DNA from: a virus
IMG/VR virus record: IMGVR_UViG_3300009509_000031
Coordinates: 1-64,000 of that record
DNA: 64,000 bases
Direction: 5' to 3' (one strand)
In this document: positions 9,905 to 20,276 of the stretch, piece by piece
How the letters are laid out: each line of letters opens with the position of its first letter
How positions within the stretch are numbered: position 1 is the first letter of the stretch
Program-made: the position numbers and the translations under genes
The notes under the pieces: model-generated
The model's input: only the letters and a program-made list of their open reading frames with translations
What the model was told of the DNA's origin: nothing
The model's database searches: none

Positions 9905-11263
9905 CTATACACCGAAAGGAAAAAGTGTGCTTTGTTTTGCTACGGGCTGTACTAGTTTTGATTTAATTTTAGTTGTTGTCTTTGTTGTTGGCTTTCTTCT
10001 GGCTAGTTGTTCAGACAACACTTTATTAGCCAGAAATTCACAGCTGTAAATCTTGCCCGGTTCAAGATTATGTCGTACCTGTGTTAACCTATAGAATCCG
10101 TCAAGACGTGTGCTCAATCCTGCAAATTGGTGGATCTGTCTAGGGCGTAATGTTTCAACGCCTACCGTCTTACCGTTCATATGCAAGAAATCATCTTCAC
10201 GTTCTTTCAGCCAATTCTTAACAAAAGCAGTGGCTTCATTTTTACTAGAAAATGGCCGGTTAGTGAACGCTTCTATATTCTGGCCAAAAGCTGTGAACCT
10301 AACACTTGCACCCCTGCCAACTTCTTTTTTAACTTGCAAGTCACCAGCACCGGCAGATGTTAGTTTTACTGTTTCTGATTTCGTTGTGTCACTAATCAGG
10401 GTTCGTTCAATAACTCGACGCTTCCTATCAAAGTAGGTAACTTCAACTTCTGTTGGCTGTTCTGTAATTGAAAAATCAGGGGTTGCTGATAACAAGCTGC
10501 CGTTACCCTGTCTATATTCAAACAAATACGTTGCTGTACTAGCATCTTGTTTCTTTTTAAAGTGAACAACAAACTTCTTTTTTGATTTGTCGTAATCAAC
10601 CCACAAATCAAAACGATTAATAGCAGCAAGCTTTTTCAAAAAATCCCAATCAGACATATCTGCAGGCTGAACTCGTGCAACAAAACTTCCTTTAACTCTG
10701 GTTCGTTTTACTTCTGGAATATCGGTATCTACACCATACCCGTATTTAGTAGCGATCTTTTTTACAATCTGATCATCCGTTAATTTTGAATAGCCTGTTT
10801 TTCTTTTTTTTGTCCGTTTTGATCGTTTTCCTTTTTTAACTTTAAACTCATTTGTCTTTGTCATTTTATGCCGGCCATCATACCCCATGATCGTTAACGT
10901 AATCGGTCCTTCCTCTGGAAAAACAGGAAGCCATTTAACAATCTCAACCCTACCGACATAGTGCATTGAACTGTAACCGATCCACAGATCAATAAAGTTC
11001 CCTTCCTGGAAAGCTTTGTTGTTCAACACAGCTGCAAAATCAGATCTTGCACCAAGAACATCCTTACTTTGATTTGAAACGGTTATCGTAAGCGTTGCGG
11101 CTAGATCTTCGTCTTCTTCAAAAGTCACACCTGTAACAAACGGTCTGATCGTATTCCATACCGGGGCAGCTTTGCTAGCATCCTTACCGCTAATGCTAAC
11201 CATAAAGTTTGGTTTTAGATCATCACCAAAACGTGTAAACCGTGTTTCAGGAAGCCTAGCCAT
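9905..11263 (-). CDS. Baseplate hub, late control D (gpD)-like
   Basis: SDWDFLKKLA, G...LRP..I..GL..R.DG.Y.L..VRH motifs. Confidence 0.85.
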   Translation of the reverse strand: MARLPETRFTRFGDDLKPNFMVSISGKDASKAAPVWNTIRPFVTGVTFEEDEDLAATLTITVSNQSKDVLGARSDFAAVLNNKAFQEGNFIDLWIGYSSMHYVGRVEIVKWLPVFPEEGPITLTIMGYDGRHKMTKTNEFKVKKGKRSKRTKKRKTGYSKLTDDQIVKKIATKYGYGVDTDIPEVKRTRVKGSFVARVQPADMSDWDFLKKLAAINRFDLWVDYDKSKKKFVVHFKKKQDASTATYLFEYRQGNGSLLSATPDFSITEQPTEVEVTYFDRKRRVIERTLISDTTKSETVKLTSAGAGDLQVKKEVGRGASVRFTAFGQNIEAFTNRPFSSKNEATAFVKNWLKEREDDFLHMNGKTVGVETLRPRQIHQFAGLSTRLDGFYRLTQVRHNLEPGKIYSCEFLANKVLSEQLARRKPTTKTTTKIKSKLVQPVAKQSTLFPFGV

Positions 11264-12023
11264 TTATAATCGCCTTTTTCTCGTTTCTTTCATCAAGAAC
11301 TGTCTGAAAGTTATTAAGAGCTTCTTCATTAGTTAGACTTAACGCATGAAATGCCGGTTCAACAGTTTCACTTAAAAGCAAATCCCGTGAAGGGATTCTT
11401 ACTTTTTTACCAACGATTGGTTGCATAGGCATATCGGGGTGCCTTTTTCGCAACCGATCCCCGTATAGCGGATTACCGTAAAACCGTTTTGCGATTGCTT
11501 CATAAGAAGCTTCAGCAGATGTTGCCACCAAAAAATAAGATTGTTTTGCCGGCTTTGTTGGATCAATCGTAATTAGCGAAAAAGGAACATACCGCAATAA
11601 CGAAAAACTAAGAACTATCTCTCTAGGTTCACCATCTGGCCTTACTGGTGGAATATCCGGATCGATACTTGTTACAACACACATTTCAGACAAGACAGAT
11701 CCAGATCCTAACGTGAATTGACAAATAGGCGGCCTACCAAGATGCGGATCAACAATAACTAGTTCTTCAAAGTCATAAAACACACCAGTAATACTAGCTG
11801 ATGAATCTGGTGTAAACATCACTGATCGGAATGTAATAACCTTAGCCCTACCTGTTATCCACTGAATAATTGGATCTTGAAAGCCTACCCGTGGTTGTTC
11901 TGCGTAATTAGCGCCAATCGTTGCAGACAACCCTTCATCACCAAGTGGATAGGGTGGCAGTATCAATTGACCGGAATCTAGATTTCTTATTGACCAATCA
12001 ATTGGAATTTTTTGTGTTGCCAA
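11256..12023 (-). CDS. Tail tube initiator with LysM-like domain (gpU/gpX-like)
   Basis: RPP.C.F, SYEAIAKRFYGNP...G.KVRIP; follows tape measure. Confidence 0.75.
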   Translation of the reverse strand: MATQKIPIDWSIRNLDSGQLILPPYPLGDEGLSATIGANYAEQPRVGFQDPIIQWITGRAKVITFRSVMFTPDSSASITGVFYDFEELVIVDPHLGRPPICQFTLGSGSVLSEMCVVTSIDPDIPPVRPDGEPREIVLSFSLLRYVPFSLITIDPTKPAKQSYFLVATSAEASYEAIAKRFYGNPLYGDRLRKRHPDMPMQPIVGKKVRIPSRDLLLSETVEPAFHALSLTNEEALNNFQTVLDERNEKKAIING

Positions 12024-12028
12024 TTTTG

Positions 12029-14401
12029 CTACCTCTTAGCTAAACGTCTAGGCTTAGCACCTTTAAGCGGCTTACCACCACGATTCACATCATCTAATTT
12101 TGAACCTGCAACAGCCCTAGCAATTTCTTTTCCGTTTATTTCAATCACAGTTGGTGGCCTAGCTGCTAGTTCTTCTTTAGTAGGCAACTTTTCTAGTATC
12201 GGCTGAATAGATTTCATCAAAGCATCTTGAACTTCTTTTGATTCACCGGCAAAACGTTGCCTAATTTTTTTCACAGCAAGTTCCCGTGTAACAGCAACCT
12301 TTTTAGCTGATTTTGAATCCTCTTGAATTTTCATCCCTCGTGTACTAAAGCTCTCAAACATCTTAGCCATCTGTGCTGCATTAGCTGCAGCTGCTACCTT
12401 ACCACCGCGTTCAAGTCTCGCCCTAGTTAACTTTTTCTCTTCTTCAACCAACATCTTAACCGGACCAAAAGACTTTGTTGCGTTCCATGCAAGATCAGCA
12501 ATAGAAGAGCTAAGCCCGGTAGATTCATCGATCGCCTTGCCAATTTGCCAACCGGCAAAAGCTGCAGCAACAAGACCAATCCCAGAACCTGCAAACTTTG
12601 CAGCCTTACCAAGCCGTGTCATTTTAGTTGGCACATCACCAGCACCACCAGTATCACCAAACAACGATTGCTGTCCTGGCAACACTTTTGGCCCACCTAA
12701 ACCACCCATACCCATCTCATCAAAATTAACAACACGTACCGGTTGCGCTGTAATTTTTTCTGCAGCGTTAACAGCCCCTGTCAATTTTCTAAGGCCACCA
12801 GGCAATACATTTGCAAGTTTTGGAAACTTAGTTGTTAGGTAACCAACTGTTCCACCTAATCCGGTTTTAACACCACCAAGCACACCTTTAATTATTTGAA
12901 ACGATCCTTTTGCAACAGAAGCAAACCGGCTAAACAATTTTGTTGCAAGCTTGATCGTTACACCAAGTGCTGCAGCCTTTATAACAATCTCTGTAATTCC
13001 TTTTACACCAGGACCATCAACACCTAACGATCCAACAGGCGAAAACAACCCGCCAAAAAACCTAGCAGCACCTTTAAGCACCGTCACAAAACCACTAAAA
13101 ATGCTTGCAGCACCTTGAATACCCGCAACAAACCCACTTGCAAACTCAACAACTGTTTTACTAAATCCTTCCGTAATCAGCTCTTGTTCAACAAATGCCC
13201 TACCAATTGCCCCGTTAGCACCCCACAACCGTGTGATTACTTGACCAGCAGATCCGATCGCCGCAGTAATCCCTTTACCGCCTTGAATGAATGGCCGGAT
13301 ATAATCACGCAAAGCCTTACCAAGAGAATTCATAAACCCATCAACAGCGGAACTAAGTAACGTAAAATCGCCCTGCAGAGTATCTAACCGCATAGCCTGC
13401 ATCCCCGTAGCCGCACCTTTAGCACGATCCCGCATACCGACAAACAATGTTGATACTAGCTTTTGATTTTTACCTAAAGCATCAAACGCTGCAGCTGTTC
13501 CCATACCGCGCAACCCCAACAACCCCATTGAAGCGTTAGCGCGTTCTAGGGGATCATCTATTTTCTGTAAAGCGGTAACGATGTTGAACATTGTTTTTGA
13601 CAAGTCAACGTTACCCTCTTGTGTTTTTGCAACTTCAACACTGTAGTTACCTACAGAAACCTTTCCACCTTTTGCGGCTTTTGCTAGTTTCAACAAAGCA
13701 TTTTTTAAACCAGTACCTGCAAGCGTTCCCTTCAAACCAACATCAGCCAAAGCACCAAGAGCTGCAGCCGTATCCTCTAATTCAATTCCCATTGTTTTTG
13801 CAACGGGTGCAACAAATTTCAAACCTTCCTGTAGCCCAACCATGTTGGTGTTTGTTTTAGCAGATACAAACGCTAACGCATCAGCAACCCGGCCAGCATC
13901 CTTTGCCTCTAACTGAAATGCTTTGATGTTAGACGCCACAATATCTGCAGCTGTTCCAAGATCCATACCCTCTGCGGCTGCAGCTGCTAGAACCTGCGGA
14001 ACAGCTTTCATGATCTGTGTTGCATCAAAACCGGCTCTAGCTAAATTTTCCATTGCTTCAGCCGATTGCGTTGCTGTAAAAGAAGTTGTTGCACCTAGTT
14101 GAGCTGCTAGTCCTTCAAGCTTTTCAAATTCAGGTGCAGCATCTTTTCCAAGTACAGCCTTAACCGCACCCATTTGACCGTCGAAATCTGCAAACTTTTT
14201 AACAGCACCGGCTGCACCGGCTGCAGCACCGGCAACAACAATATTAAATCCGGCAAACCCGCGTTGAACATTCTTGATACCCTCACCAGCAAGCTTTGCA
14301 TTCATCTGTAACTTAGAAAATGCACCGGATGCTTGCTGCATACCTGAAATAGCGGTACTGCCTTGAAACTGTAGTTTTGCTGTTAATGTCTGTTCTGGCA
14401 T
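12029..14401 (-). CDS. Tape measure protein (TP901-family core)
   Basis: LGATTSFTATQSAEAMENLARAGF, GLKGTLAGTGLKN, RLDTLQGD..LLSSA. Confidence 0.95.
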   Translation of the reverse strand: MPEQTLTAKLQFQGSTAISGMQQASGAFSKLQMNAKLAGEGIKNVQRGFAGFNIVVAGAAAGAAGAVKKFADFDGQMGAVKAVLGKDAAPEFEKLEGLAAQLGATTSFTATQSAEAMENLARAGFDATQIMKAVPQVLAAAAAEGMDLGTAADIVASNIKAFQLEAKDAGRVADALAFVSAKTNTNMVGLQEGLKFVAPVAKTMGIELEDTAAALGALADVGLKGTLAGTGLKNALLKLAKAAKGGKVSVGNYSVEVAKTQEGNVDLSKTMFNIVTALQKIDDPLERANASMGLLGLRGMGTAAAFDALGKNQKLVSTLFVGMRDRAKGAATGMQAMRLDTLQGDFTLLSSAVDGFMNSLGKALRDYIRPFIQGGKGITAAIGSAGQVITRLWGANGAIGRAFVEQELITEGFSKTVVEFASGFVAGIQGAASIFSGFVTVLKGAARFFGGLFSPVGSLGVDGPGVKGITEIVIKAAALGVTIKLATKLFSRFASVAKGSFQIIKGVLGGVKTGLGGTVGYLTTKFPKLANVLPGGLRKLTGAVNAAEKITAQPVRVVNFDEMGMGGLGGPKVLPGQQSLFGDTGGAGDVPTKMTRLGKAAKFAGSGIGLVAAAFAGWQIGKAIDESTGLSSSIADLAWNATKSFGPVKMLVEEEKKLTRARLERGGKVAAAANAAQMAKMFESFSTRGMKIQEDSKSAKKVAVTRELAVKKIRQRFAGESKEVQDALMKSIQPILEKLPTKEELAARPPTVIEINGKEIARAVAGSKLDDVNRGGKPLKGAKPRRLAKR

Positions 14402-14409
14402 AGCGATCC

Positions 14410-14565
14410 CTATTTACCACTAACTGCTTTTTCAAACGCCTTTGCTTCAATAGTTTGTGATACGTGCATACGATCGATTAAGGCGTTGCGTTCTGCAGTT
14501 GTCATATCCATTATGTCGCTAAACGAATATTTGCCATAATAATGTAGCTGGTGGATTTCATCCAT
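14410..14565 (-). CDS. Tail assembly chaperone, downstream (gpT-like) part; not in ORF track
   Basis: Manual translation MDEIHQLHYYGKYSFSDIMDMTTAERNALIDRMHVSQTIEAKAFEKAVSGK*; lies in the -1 frame of the upstream gene, open back to the slippery site. Confidence 0.8.
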   Translation of the reverse strand: MDEIHQLHYYGKYSFSDIMDMTTAERNALIDRMHVSQTIEAKAFEKAVSGK

Positions 14566-15407
14566 CAACTCATCAAATGTGCAACAGGGATCGAAGATTC
14601 GAAAAAATGATCGAACCTAAGATCAATAGCCCGTTCAATAGGCTGTTTACATCCGTCACAAATAAACCCGGTTCTTAGTTTTGGGCCTGCAGAAATCTTT
14701 CCAGCTTGATTATTAAGTAACAACGTATCAATCTTGCTCATCTCATCAAGCTCTTCATCAAGCAAGTTGTAATTCTGCCCACCACCATCAACCTCGATAA
14801 CAGCCTCTCTAAGCTGGTTATACCCTAGCATATCATCAACGTTGCCTTGCGTTGCACCGGCAAGAAACACTGTTTTAAACGGTACGGGTTTAACCTTTAA
14901 ACGCTTACAGAGCTTATTGTTACTAAGCCTGAATCCGTCAATCAAGTTCACCCAAAATCGCGATTCATCAAAAGACTCTAAACACGTTATTTCAATACTT
15001 CCAAGATCGATTATTTTTGTTGCCGTCTTAATACTACAAGCGGTATTAGGGCACCCATACTCAATCCGCATTTTGTTACTTGTCTTGTATCTAGACCACA
15101 AATACATATAAATAACATCAGCAAAATGCCAACCTGTAACCATATTAACCGAATCTGGCGAACTATCGTTTTTATCGTCTAATGTAATGTATTGACCGCC
15201 GGCATGTACAACAACAAGACTAAGATATTTTGCGATTAGCCAACCGATATGCCTACCCTGATTAGCTTCCCTCCAAATATTCAAAACACGATCAACCTTT
15301 GCTTTATAAGGTCTCACCTCAAAAGTTTTAACGAGTTTGTTCGTACCTTCCTGGCAATTGCCAATAGGAAGTTCCTGCCCTAGTTCACTTAGTGTAACGG
15401 TTTTCAC
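14565..15407 (-). CDS. Tail assembly chaperone (gpG-like) with two CxxC-type pairs
   Basis: Between tube and tape measure; CPNTAC and CDGC; likely GTG start at 15407 behind GGAGG (track start 15467 lies in a hairpin). Confidence 0.75.
   Translation of the reverse strand: MKTVTLSELGQELPIGNCQEGTNKLVKTFEVRPYKAKVDRVLNIWREANQGRHIGWLIAKYLSLVVVHAGGQYITLDDKNDSSPDSVNMVTGWHFADVIYMYLWSRYKTSNKMRIEYGCPNTACSIKTATKIIDLGSIEITCLESFDESRFWVNLIDGFRLSNNKLCKRLKVKPVPFKTVFLAGATQGNVDDMLGYNQLREAVIEVDGGGQNYNLLDEELDEMSKIDTLLLNNQAGKISAGPKLRTGFICDGCKQPIERAIDLRFDHFFESSIPVAHLMS
14601..14607 (-). other. Programmed -1 frameshift slippery site T TTT TTC
   Basis: Minus strand CAT TTT TTC in frame (X XXY YYZ); -1 frame open to TAG at 14410. 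Confidence 0.7.
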
Positions 15408-15457
15408 GAGGATCCCTCCAATTACACAAAACGTGTTTGTGAGGACCAAAAGGTTGG

Positions 15458-15484
15458 ATAGGTTCAAAAAGACTGTGAACCTAT
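15458..15484 (-). terminator. Hairpin after tail tube gene
   Basis: ATAGGTTCA-N9-TGAACCTAT perfect 9-bp stem immediately after the stop. Confidence 0.5.
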
Positions 15485-15487
15485 TTA

Positions 15488-15934
15488 TTACGCCGGCCTA
15501 ATTTCATCATAGCTTAGTGTCCAAGTAATCGTTGACATCTCACCATCATTATCAAGCTCACTATCGCTATGTGCACGCTTTTTCAACCAAGAGTTTGGGA
15601 GTGTCCAACGCTTAACAGGGAATCTTCCAGATTCGTCAAATTGAACAAGCACACCATTCTTCAAGTAACCTGGCAACGCCAACTTACACAGGGCATACCA
15701 TCCTTCCATCAATGCAACTTCTTCTGTAATGTGCATAGGCTGCACAATATCCGTTTCACCAGGTTTTGCCCTACCACCAGATCGAACAGTCCGATCCGGC
15801 AACTCCGGTGCATCAAGCTCTTCTTCCAATCCACCGATACTTGTAAGCGTGATCTCACCGATACCGGGTTGCACAATAAGTGCATACTTATTTACCGGGA
15901 TCCTGTTTTCAGGAATTACGTTTTTAATAGTCAT
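15488..15934 (-). CDS. Tail tube protein (T4 gp19-like)
   Basis: 148 aa after sheath; KNG.L..FD..G..VKRW.L.N.W...LD...TL.YDEI. Confidence 0.85.
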   Translation of the reverse strand: MTIKNVIPENRIPVNKYALIVQPGIGEITLTSIGGLEEELDAPELPDRTVRSGGRAKPGETDIVQPMHITEEVALMEGWYALCKLALPGYLKNGVLVQFDESGRFPVKRWTLPNSWLKKRAHSDSELDNDGEMSTITWTLSYDEIRPA

Positions 15935-15963
15935 CTGTCTTTATCTCCTAATGTGCTAGCCCA

Positions 15964-18351
15964 CTATGCTGGTGACGTTGACTCAAACACACCCTGTTTA
16001 CCAATGGTGATGTTAAAGCGTTCAATGGTATCTGCCATTTTCAAAGATACATCAGCATTCATATCACCAGTAGCTCTTGTAGCATCCGTGTTGTTTTCTT
16101 CGTCCAATTTAAGGATACACGCATCTTCAAATGTATCACCCCGAAGTGCACGCTTTGGCCGCCATTCAGGCAAAAACAACGATTGCAGTGCAGCGATAAC
16201 ACCGGGCTGTTCAATCGGATCATTCAACGCAAAAATAATCCAATCAAACGATTCAAACAACGTATGTTCGTAATAAGACATCTGCTCCCTATGCTGGGAA
16301 AATTTCCAACTAGGATCAACAGACGGGATTCTGGCACCCCACAAAACAAACTTACCACCTTTGATTTCTATACGCTGCAATCCAGCCGGATTAAGCGTTT
16401 CCCCGTCAAGTTTCTTATGAACAATGTTGTTACCGGTGCCACTAATTGTAAACAGTTGCCTAATACGCGGAAAGTCAACATCAACACCAGCAGCAACCTC
16501 GTGATAACCCTTAACCGCTGTTGCGTGTTTCGCTTCCCTTCCGTGAATCATCCCAACTGTTGGAATCGTTTTCATACGATCAGTAAGAATCGGATCACTA
16601 ACCTTACAATACCCGTGCATACACACCTTAACGTGATCAGACTTACCAACAACATTTTGGATGTAATCCCGTGCAACAACTTCATCAATAGCGGTAACGG
16701 GTACCTCATAACGATACTGATGATTCTTTGCTTGTGCGTAATTAACACCAGCCCGCTCAACAACCTGTGCGTCACTAATGCTAGTAAGTGAAGATGGGAG
16801 CAACTGCGTAATACCGGGGCAAGCAAACTTAATAAGCCCGTAACCCTTTTCAGCCGTATCATTAAACGGAGAAGTGTTCACATCAAACGCATCAACAAAA
16901 TCAGTATCTGAAATTTCCGCTATACCGTCGTAACCATCCTGCAGCTGTTGCCGATATTGCAACCTGACGTTAACCGTACCTGAAATAGTCCCACCGTTTG
17001 TCATGTCACCAGTGGTGATATCAACGGTTTCTTCATCATTATCAGTAATAATCCAACCTCGTGTTGGTGCCCACGCTTCATCCGGAAAAAATACCTTACC
17101 GTTAATCAGCTCATCTGTAACAAGTGGCAATACCCAAACAGTTACTTCATCCCCACTAACTGGCCCGGTTTCAGTAAGAGTTGCACCAAAGGAATACGGG
17201 TTATCAGCTGCAAACGGTGTTGCACTAACAACAGCCGGGAATACGTGATTAGCTTGTTTATAATCAGAAGTAAGAGCCCACGCGGCAGTATAAGAAATCT
17301 TATAAGTATCCCTGATCATGCTAGCGCCTGCAGTAAATGCAGACATAGTATGTGGGCCACCAGTACCGGCTGTTTGTTCCCATTCAAAAAGGTAATCCAG
17401 CAAATCGATCTGCTTAGTCGCGATATCCCCGGCAGCAACTTCAGCATAAAAGTTTGCTGGCCGCTTATCTGCATCAATAGCACCAGTCCAAAGATCGGTT
17501 ACCGTGATATACCAGTTTGTTGGATCATCGTTGATCAGGTTTACAAAATAACGGGAACTGTTCGGATCCATGCTTAGATCCGCCCATTCTTTTACAAACC
17601 CATCATTGACATAAACTTTCAAACCAAATTCTGTACTAGGGTTCAGCTGCCCATCAAGCACCTCAACGGAAACAAACTTATCCTGCCCCCATTCATCAAC
17701 GCTAGAATTAAGTAGCGTGATTTCTTTATCCGTTCCAGAAGCATAATCAGTCAACATCTGACTATCAGCGGTTACAGTAACAACAGCACCGGTAATACCG
17801 TCACCAGCTGTATTAGAAATGATCTGATAGCTCAAACCAGTTTCTGTAAATTTGATATATCCGCCTTTCCACTTATCAGCCGGAACAACATACGCATCCG
17901 GAAGTTTAACCGTTGTTTCACCAGTAATGTCCGTTGGCACTGCATCAAGATCAGCAACAACCGTATCCCGTTTACCAGCCCACGATCCGCCATTATGAGC
18001 ATCAACACGAATCACCTGATTTCTAGGCCACGATCGATCCCACAAAACAAGCGTTGCCGATACCTCATTACCGTCAGTAACTCTATACAGAAAAAGAATC
18101 CCGGCACCTTCAGAATGATCCCAGTAATCTTGACAACAATCCGGCAACAGACTATCAGGAATAAGCCCACCAGTTTTTGCAAGCAAATCCTTTTTTCCTG
18201 TTGTCGTAATCAGTTGCCTAATAGGGCCACGATCAAGGATACCGGCATAAGCTGCAGATCCCAGCCTACCCGGAGTGATTGCTTTCTCACCTTCCCTTTC
18301 AGTAATAGAGGTTCCTGCATCTTGCGTAGGACCAAACCGTTTTGTTGCCAT
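15964..18351 (-). CDS. Contractile tail sheath protein
   Basis: A..G..DRGP, LSMDP.SSRYF..IN, VLWGAR, WIIF.LND, LRG.TFEDA...D.ENNT. Confidence 0.95.
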   Translation of the reverse strand: MATKRFGPTQDAGTSITEREGEKAITPGRLGSAAYAGILDRGPIRQLITTTGKKDLLAKTGGLIPDSLLPDCCQDYWDHSEGAGILFLYRVTDGNEVSATLVLWDRSWPRNQVIRVDAHNGGSWAGKRDTVVADLDAVPTDITGETTVKLPDAYVVPADKWKGGYIKFTETGLSYQIISNTAGDGITGAVVTVTADSQMLTDYASGTDKEITLLNSSVDEWGQDKFVSVEVLDGQLNPSTEFGLKVYVNDGFVKEWADLSMDPNSSRYFVNLINDDPTNWYITVTDLWTGAIDADKRPANFYAEVAAGDIATKQIDLLDYLFEWEQTAGTGGPHTMSAFTAGASMIRDTYKISYTAAWALTSDYKQANHVFPAVVSATPFAADNPYSFGATLTETGPVSGDEVTVWVLPLVTDELINGKVFFPDEAWAPTRGWIITDNDEETVDITTGDMTNGGTISGTVNVRLQYRQQLQDGYDGIAEISDTDFVDAFDVNTSPFNDTAEKGYGLIKFACPGITQLLPSSLTSISDAQVVERAGVNYAQAKNHQYRYEVPVTAIDEVVARDYIQNVVGKSDHVKVCMHGYCKVSDPILTDRMKTIPTVGMIHGREAKHATAVKGYHEVAAGVDVDFPRIRQLFTISGTGNNIVHKKLDGETLNPAGLQRIEIKGGKFVLWGARIPSVDPSWKFSQHREQMSYYEHTLFESFDWIIFALNDPIEQPGVIAALQSLFLPEWRPKRALRGDTFEDACILKLDEENNTDATRATGDMNADVSLKMADTIERFNITIGKQGVFESTSPA

Positions 18352-18387
18352 TTGAGAATTCCTCCATAAAAAAACTTATGTTGCTAA

Positions 18388-19668
18388 CTAGGGCACAATC
18401 CCCGCCCATCTAGGCCCATACCCTAATGACGGATCGGTGACTGTGATATTAAGTTGCTGCACCAAATTAACAACTTCTTCTGGTTTCAACCACAAATAAA
18501 TATTTTCAACTCGTAATGTAAACCTATTGGTATGTTCATCCTTCAAAGTTGGCCGTTGCCGCATCAATCCTTGTTCAACAGGGTACATAGATAGCCGTTC
18601 ATCTAAAGCACGCCAATGCAACAAAGGCGTACTAACCATATACTTCAAGGCACCTTCACTCATCACAAGTTGTGTCCTACTTTTTTCTGCAAGTAGGACT
18701 ATATCAAATTCGGCACTAAGTTTAAAAGGTGTCAACCGAATTGTTGCCGTATAGTCGTTTAGGTTCTTAACCTCAAACCTAGCATTTACGCTGTTGCCAC
18801 TAATACTGATACCCTCAATAACAATTGCCGGCAGCTTCGTCACTTCAGTGTAATCCTGCGATCCAAAATCAAGATATCCTTCCGGTTCTGCAACAAACTT
18901 AATCCATAGCCGTGTACCTCTATCAACAGCTGCAGTTAGTACGATCGTTTTTGTTGTTGCGTTATAGGATGAGAGTAAATCAGTTGTGTGGTTAGGATCA
19001 GAATCGTGGTTATAAACGGCTTCCAAAGTGATAATGTTGAAAGCGGTTTCCAGATCCCGCAAGTCAACCTTATCACCACCAGGTGCCCTAACAGCGTAAT
19101 CAATAACCGGTCTAATATTTTCTTTCAAGTCTTCTAGCAAAGAATCAACAAACAGACTCCGCAGATAATCAATATCTGCTTCCATCAAAATTTCTAGATC
19201 CTTTACTGTTGGCGTAGCTGTACCGTCATCACTAACTAAGTTAATCACAACAGCAAGTTGTTTTGTTGTTACAGGAAAGCTTGCAATGTTCGCGGATATT
19301 TCCTGTTCTGTATTCCAATCAGTTACACCTGCAACAGCCCAAACACTACCATTCCACCACCTATCAGATACACCATCATTTAACTTAAACCTGACTTGAG
19401 TATTTGCCGGCTGATTAGGTGTCAGCGGTTCCATCATAAACCCCAACCACTGCACAAGCGTTTCCGGGTTTGTGATCCATGTTGTAACAGTCAAATCCGT
19501 ATCTGTTGAATACACCGGATCCCCTGTTACAACGTTGTAACTCTGAACCTTTAATTCAAGCCTATGCGTTGTAGGGTTCAACCGGATCTTTGTACTATCA
19601 CTAAACGTAAGCCTAGATCGGTTCGCTTCTTGGAACAAAAACGTTTTACACAATTTTTGCAACATCAA
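18388..19668 (-). CDS. Putative tail terminator/neck protein with N-terminal extension
   Basis: Directly before sheath; C-terminal LPAIV.E and F.I.L motifs. Confidence 0.5.
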   Translation of the reverse strand: MMLQKLCKTFLFQEANRSRLTFSDSTKIRLNPTTHRLELKVQSYNVVTGDPVYSTDTDLTVTTWITNPETLVQWLGFMMEPLTPNQPANTQVRFKLNDGVSDRWWNGSVWAVAGVTDWNTEQEISANIASFPVTTKQLAVVINLVSDDGTATPTVKDLEILMEADIDYLRSLFVDSLLEDLKENIRPVIDYAVRAPGGDKVDLRDLETAFNIITLEAVYNHDSDPNHTTDLLSSYNATTKTIVLTAAVDRGTRLWIKFVAEPEGYLDFGSQDYTEVTKLPAIVIEGISISGNSVNARFEVKNLNDYTATIRLTPFKLSAEFDIVLLAEKSRTQLVMSEGALKYMVSTPLLHWRALDERLSMYPVEQGLMRQRPTLKDEHTNRFTLRVENIYLWLKPEEVVNLVQQLNITVTDPSLGYGPRWAGIVP

Positions 19669-20276
19669 TTCTTCCCCTGCATAACCTTAGCAATCGCCTT
19701 GTCCCATTGCCTGTTGTACCGAGTCAATAAACGATTAGTTAAGGCAGCTGCTAAAAACGGTCTAGGCGGGATACGGATAACTTTTGTGCTCTTCTTTAAC
19801 GGCTTAACAATACCCTGAAACGGACTATCATCAGAATAGGCTAACCAATAAAAGTAAGCTCTCATTTTATTAGTTACCTTGATTGTTGCACCATCATGCA
19901 AAGCTTCAGCAATCCGCATTACACTACGTTTCTTACCCTTTGCATCAACAACTGTTCTGTTTCTATTAACCCCAACAAGAACCAGATCCCAGGATTTAAC
20001 CTCGCTTGTGATTGATTTCATCAGTTGCCCACTATCAACCAACGGCCTATCACTTCCCTTCATCGCGATTGTTAAATCAGCATTAGGGGCACGCTTACCT
20101 AAAGCACCCTTAATCTTACCCTTGTTAATTGCCTCTTTAATTGCACCCTCAGCAATCAACCCGTTTTTTAAAGTTGCTTTTCCAACGTGTTTCTTTAGCC
20201 GTTTTTCAAACTTAGTCGGATCAAGAATATCCTTTAGCTTCTTAAATCCAATTAGCTTTAAACGTGCTTTAGCCAT
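19665..20276 (-). CDS. Virion morphogenesis/tail completion protein (Mu gpG / HK97 gp10-like)
   Basis: NA.LT...KGS.RPLVDSGQL..SI, H.GATI, IP.RPFL. Confidence 0.85.
   Translation of the reverse strand: MAKARLKLIGFKKLKDILDPTKFEKRLKKHVGKATLKNGLIAEGAIKEAINKGKIKGALGKRAPNADLTIAMKGSDRPLVDSGQLMKSITSEVKSWDLVLVGVNRNRTVVDAKGKKRSVMRIAEALHDGATIKVTNKMRAYFYWLAYSDDSPFQGIVKPLKKSTKVIRIPPRPFLAAALTNRLLTRYNRQWDKAIAKVMQGKN

Noticed and set aside
5821-19668. Extracellular contractile injection system or tailocin
   Set aside because: Capsid, portal, terminase and DNA metabolism genes are contiguous, so this is a phage
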